A stretch of DNA of 64,000 nucleotides from Vicugna vicugna (lineage: Eukaryota), in contig MU058781.1 in NCBI GenBank assembly GCA_013265495.1, forward strand, positions 5,273,050-5,337,049. Reading direction: 5' to 3'. A program made the position numbers and the translations under genes. Below, piece after piece: positions 61,908 to 64,000 of this stretch. The notes below the pieces were generated by a model, which saw only the letters and a list, made by a program, of their open reading frames with translations, ran no database searches and was not told the origin of the DNA. Every line of letters starts with the position of its first letter. The stretch's first letter is position 1.

Positions 61908-62927
61908 GTTCCAGTTAGTCAGTGCCTCATTGCAAACAACCTCATTACAAACATCCCCTCAGCGGCCTCAAACAACAACCGTTTTGTTATGCTCATGAAT
62001 TCTGTGGGTCAGAAACTCAATCAGGACGCAGTAGCAATAGCATGTCTCTATCCTCCAACGTCTGCGGCCTCCGCTGGGGAGCCCAGAATGGCTGCAGGCG
62101 ACTTGAATAACTGAGGGCTGGAGGACCCACTTTTGAGGTGGCTCCTTTCCTTCCTACCTGGAGCATCGGGAGGGATGACTCCAAGGATGCTGTATTAGTT
62201 TCCTGAGGCTGCCATTAAAAGGCTCCACAAATTGGGCGACTTAAACAACAGAAATTTATTGTCTCACGGTCCTGGAGGCTGGAGATCCAAGATCAAGGTG
62301 TTGGCAGGGCTGGTTCCTTCTGAGGCTGTGAGGGATTATCTGTTTCATGCCTCTTTCCCCATTTCTGGTGGTTCCCTGGCCATCTTTGGCCTTTCTTGGA
62401 TTCTATGTGTACTGCATCGACCTCTGCTTTCACATTTACAAGCTTTCATATTCACTCCTGCTCACCTGTCTATCTCCATGTCCAAATTCCCACTGTTTAC
62501 ATGAACATGGGCCATACTGGGTTACCACCACCCTGCCACTGACCTCGTCTTAACTGGATCATCCACCAAGACTCTATTTCCAAATAAAGGCACACTCACC
62601 AGTACTGGGGGATTAGGACTTTGACATCCTTTGGAGGAGACAATTCAACCTTTAATAGCCAGGCTCACCTGGGACTGTCCACCACAGCACCTGCACATGG
62701 CCTGACCACGTGGTGTGGAGCGGGGTTCTGAAAGGGTGCATCCCCAAACTGAGCATCCTCAGTGAACCAGGTAGAAACTGCATGGCCTTTTATGAACTAG
62801 CTTTGGAAGCCATGCTTTATTGGTAGAAGCAGTCAAAGCTTTCCCAGATTCAAGGGAAGGACATAGACCTTACCTCCAGATGGGAAGAGTAGTGAAGAAT
62901 TTGCAGCCATTTCTAAAAAACCACCAC
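61908..62927 (-). mobile_element. MaLR LTR (MLT1F/G-like), interrupted by a younger MLT1
   Basis: aaacaacaaccgttttgttatgctcatgaattctgtgggtcagaaa ... cccagattcaaggg...gaagaatttgcagccat. Confidence 0.8.
62191..62657 (-). mobile_element. MaLR LTR (MLT1A/B/C-like), nested
   Basis: tgtattagtttcctgaggctgcc...ttaaacaacagaaatttattgtctcac...tccaagatcaaggtgttggcaggg...caattcaacc. Confidence 0.88.
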
Positions 62928-63116
62928 GAGGGATTTTTAACCAAGGGTTTAGGAACCCATTGGGAATCCACAGATGGCTTCCAAAGATTCTAAGAAACCA
63001 CAGAATCTGTGCAACATATCATATGAGCTCAATTTTTTTTTTCTGAGGCATGGGATCCCAGCACTCATTCTGTGTTGAAAGGGTGTGTGACCTACAAAAT
63101 GATCAAGTAGTACTAG
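62928..63116. mobile_element. MER117-like hAT-Charlie MITE
   Basis: tttttaaccaaggg...ttttctgaggcatgggatcccagcactcatt...aaagggtgtgtgacc. Confidence 0.5.
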
Positions 63117-64000
63117 ACTATTGGGTCAGTCTGCTGCCTCTAAACAGAAAAGGGCTCTCCTCCCTGTCTCTAACTCTGAGAAAATATTTTCTCTCTCTGG
63201 CCTGGCAGCAGAGCCAGCCTTTCTCTTTCCCCAAGGCAGCTTCTGCCATCTGCCAAATGGCACTGCTCTGCGACCCTGGTGTCCTTGAAGCTCAGAGCCA
63301 TAGACGGAGGTCCCCAGTGATCCCAGAATGCTCTGGCTCCTCGGTGCACAGGGTGGACTGAAAAGCAGCCCGTCCCCAAACCCCCTACCTGGGAGTCTCT
63401 GTGACACCCTCCATTCTGGCACGAGAGAGCCAGTGTCGGGCTGGGCTCCTTCCACAGCAGTGGCCCTTCCTGTTGTCCTTCTAACCTCGTTCATGCCTCT
63501 GTGCTATTTGTGTGCCTGCCTGTCTCCTCCACTAGCTCACGAACTCCTTTGGGAGCAAGTTCTTCTCATTTCTCTTTATATGAAGAAAATAGTTAATACT
63601 ATCTTTTGCATATGATAATGCTCAAAACCGTTGGTAATTTAAAAACATCAAAGCTGAGCTGCAGAAAGTTAGAACAGGTCCCCAAGGACTCTGGAATGCA
63701 GGGCCTCATGGGTCTTTCCATGCTTAGGAGAGTCTCATTTGGGGGAAGATGTCAGCTGCAAACAGGAGCCAAGGCCGGGCCAAGGCAAGGAGGTTTGAGA
63801 GAGGGGATTTGAAGGGTGAAATTTAGAGCTGGTCTGGGTTCTAACCCAGTTCTGTCACTGCCACTCTGTGGGCACTGGCAAGGCATTTCTGCATGCCCAT
63901 GCATTGCTAAGAGGCAACATTTTCTTGAGAAACTGACTTCAAACAGCAAGGATGCTCCTATTGCTAGCATTGCTAATTGACTAATTACTAATTGACTTGT

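Noticed and set aside
1..64000. CRISPR arrays, operons, rRNA, snRNA/snoRNA copies, NUMTs, processed pseudogenes, ERV gag/pol/env
   Set aside because: None recognised by eye on either strand; highly diverged copies could have been missed without a search.

Overview
Mammalian nuclear DNA, most likely camelid (alpaca, llama or camel). The assignment rests on a tRNA-Ala(AGC)-derived Vic-1-like SINE at 32372-32536 and camelid/cetartiodactyl-type L1 3' ends. I can support no protein-coding exon, functional RNA gene or CpG island, so the window reads as intergenic or deep-intronic. A large share is recognisable interspersed repeat: old L1M, L2, L3/CR1 and MIR; MaLR, ERVL and ERV1 LTRs; hAT and Tigger MITEs; and a few younger L1 insertions with intact target-site duplications (TSDs). 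The supplied ORFs are chance ORFs or reads of repeats. I found no convincing new biological system. The best leads are retrotransposition oddities: an apparently L1-mobilised, polyadenylated ERV LTR fragment; a 66-bp L1 tip with a perfect 13-bp TSD; a tail-less internal L1 ORF2 fragment between duplicated flanks; and a SINE copy lacking its B box. Also notable are an unexplained 20-bp inverted repeat, a 93-bp alternating purine/pyrimidine tract with tandem E-boxes, and a CTCF core inside an LTR41-like LTR. Repeat family names come from recalled consensus sequences. Boundaries are approximate unless a TSD is quoted, and all should be confirmed with RepeatMasker/Dfam.
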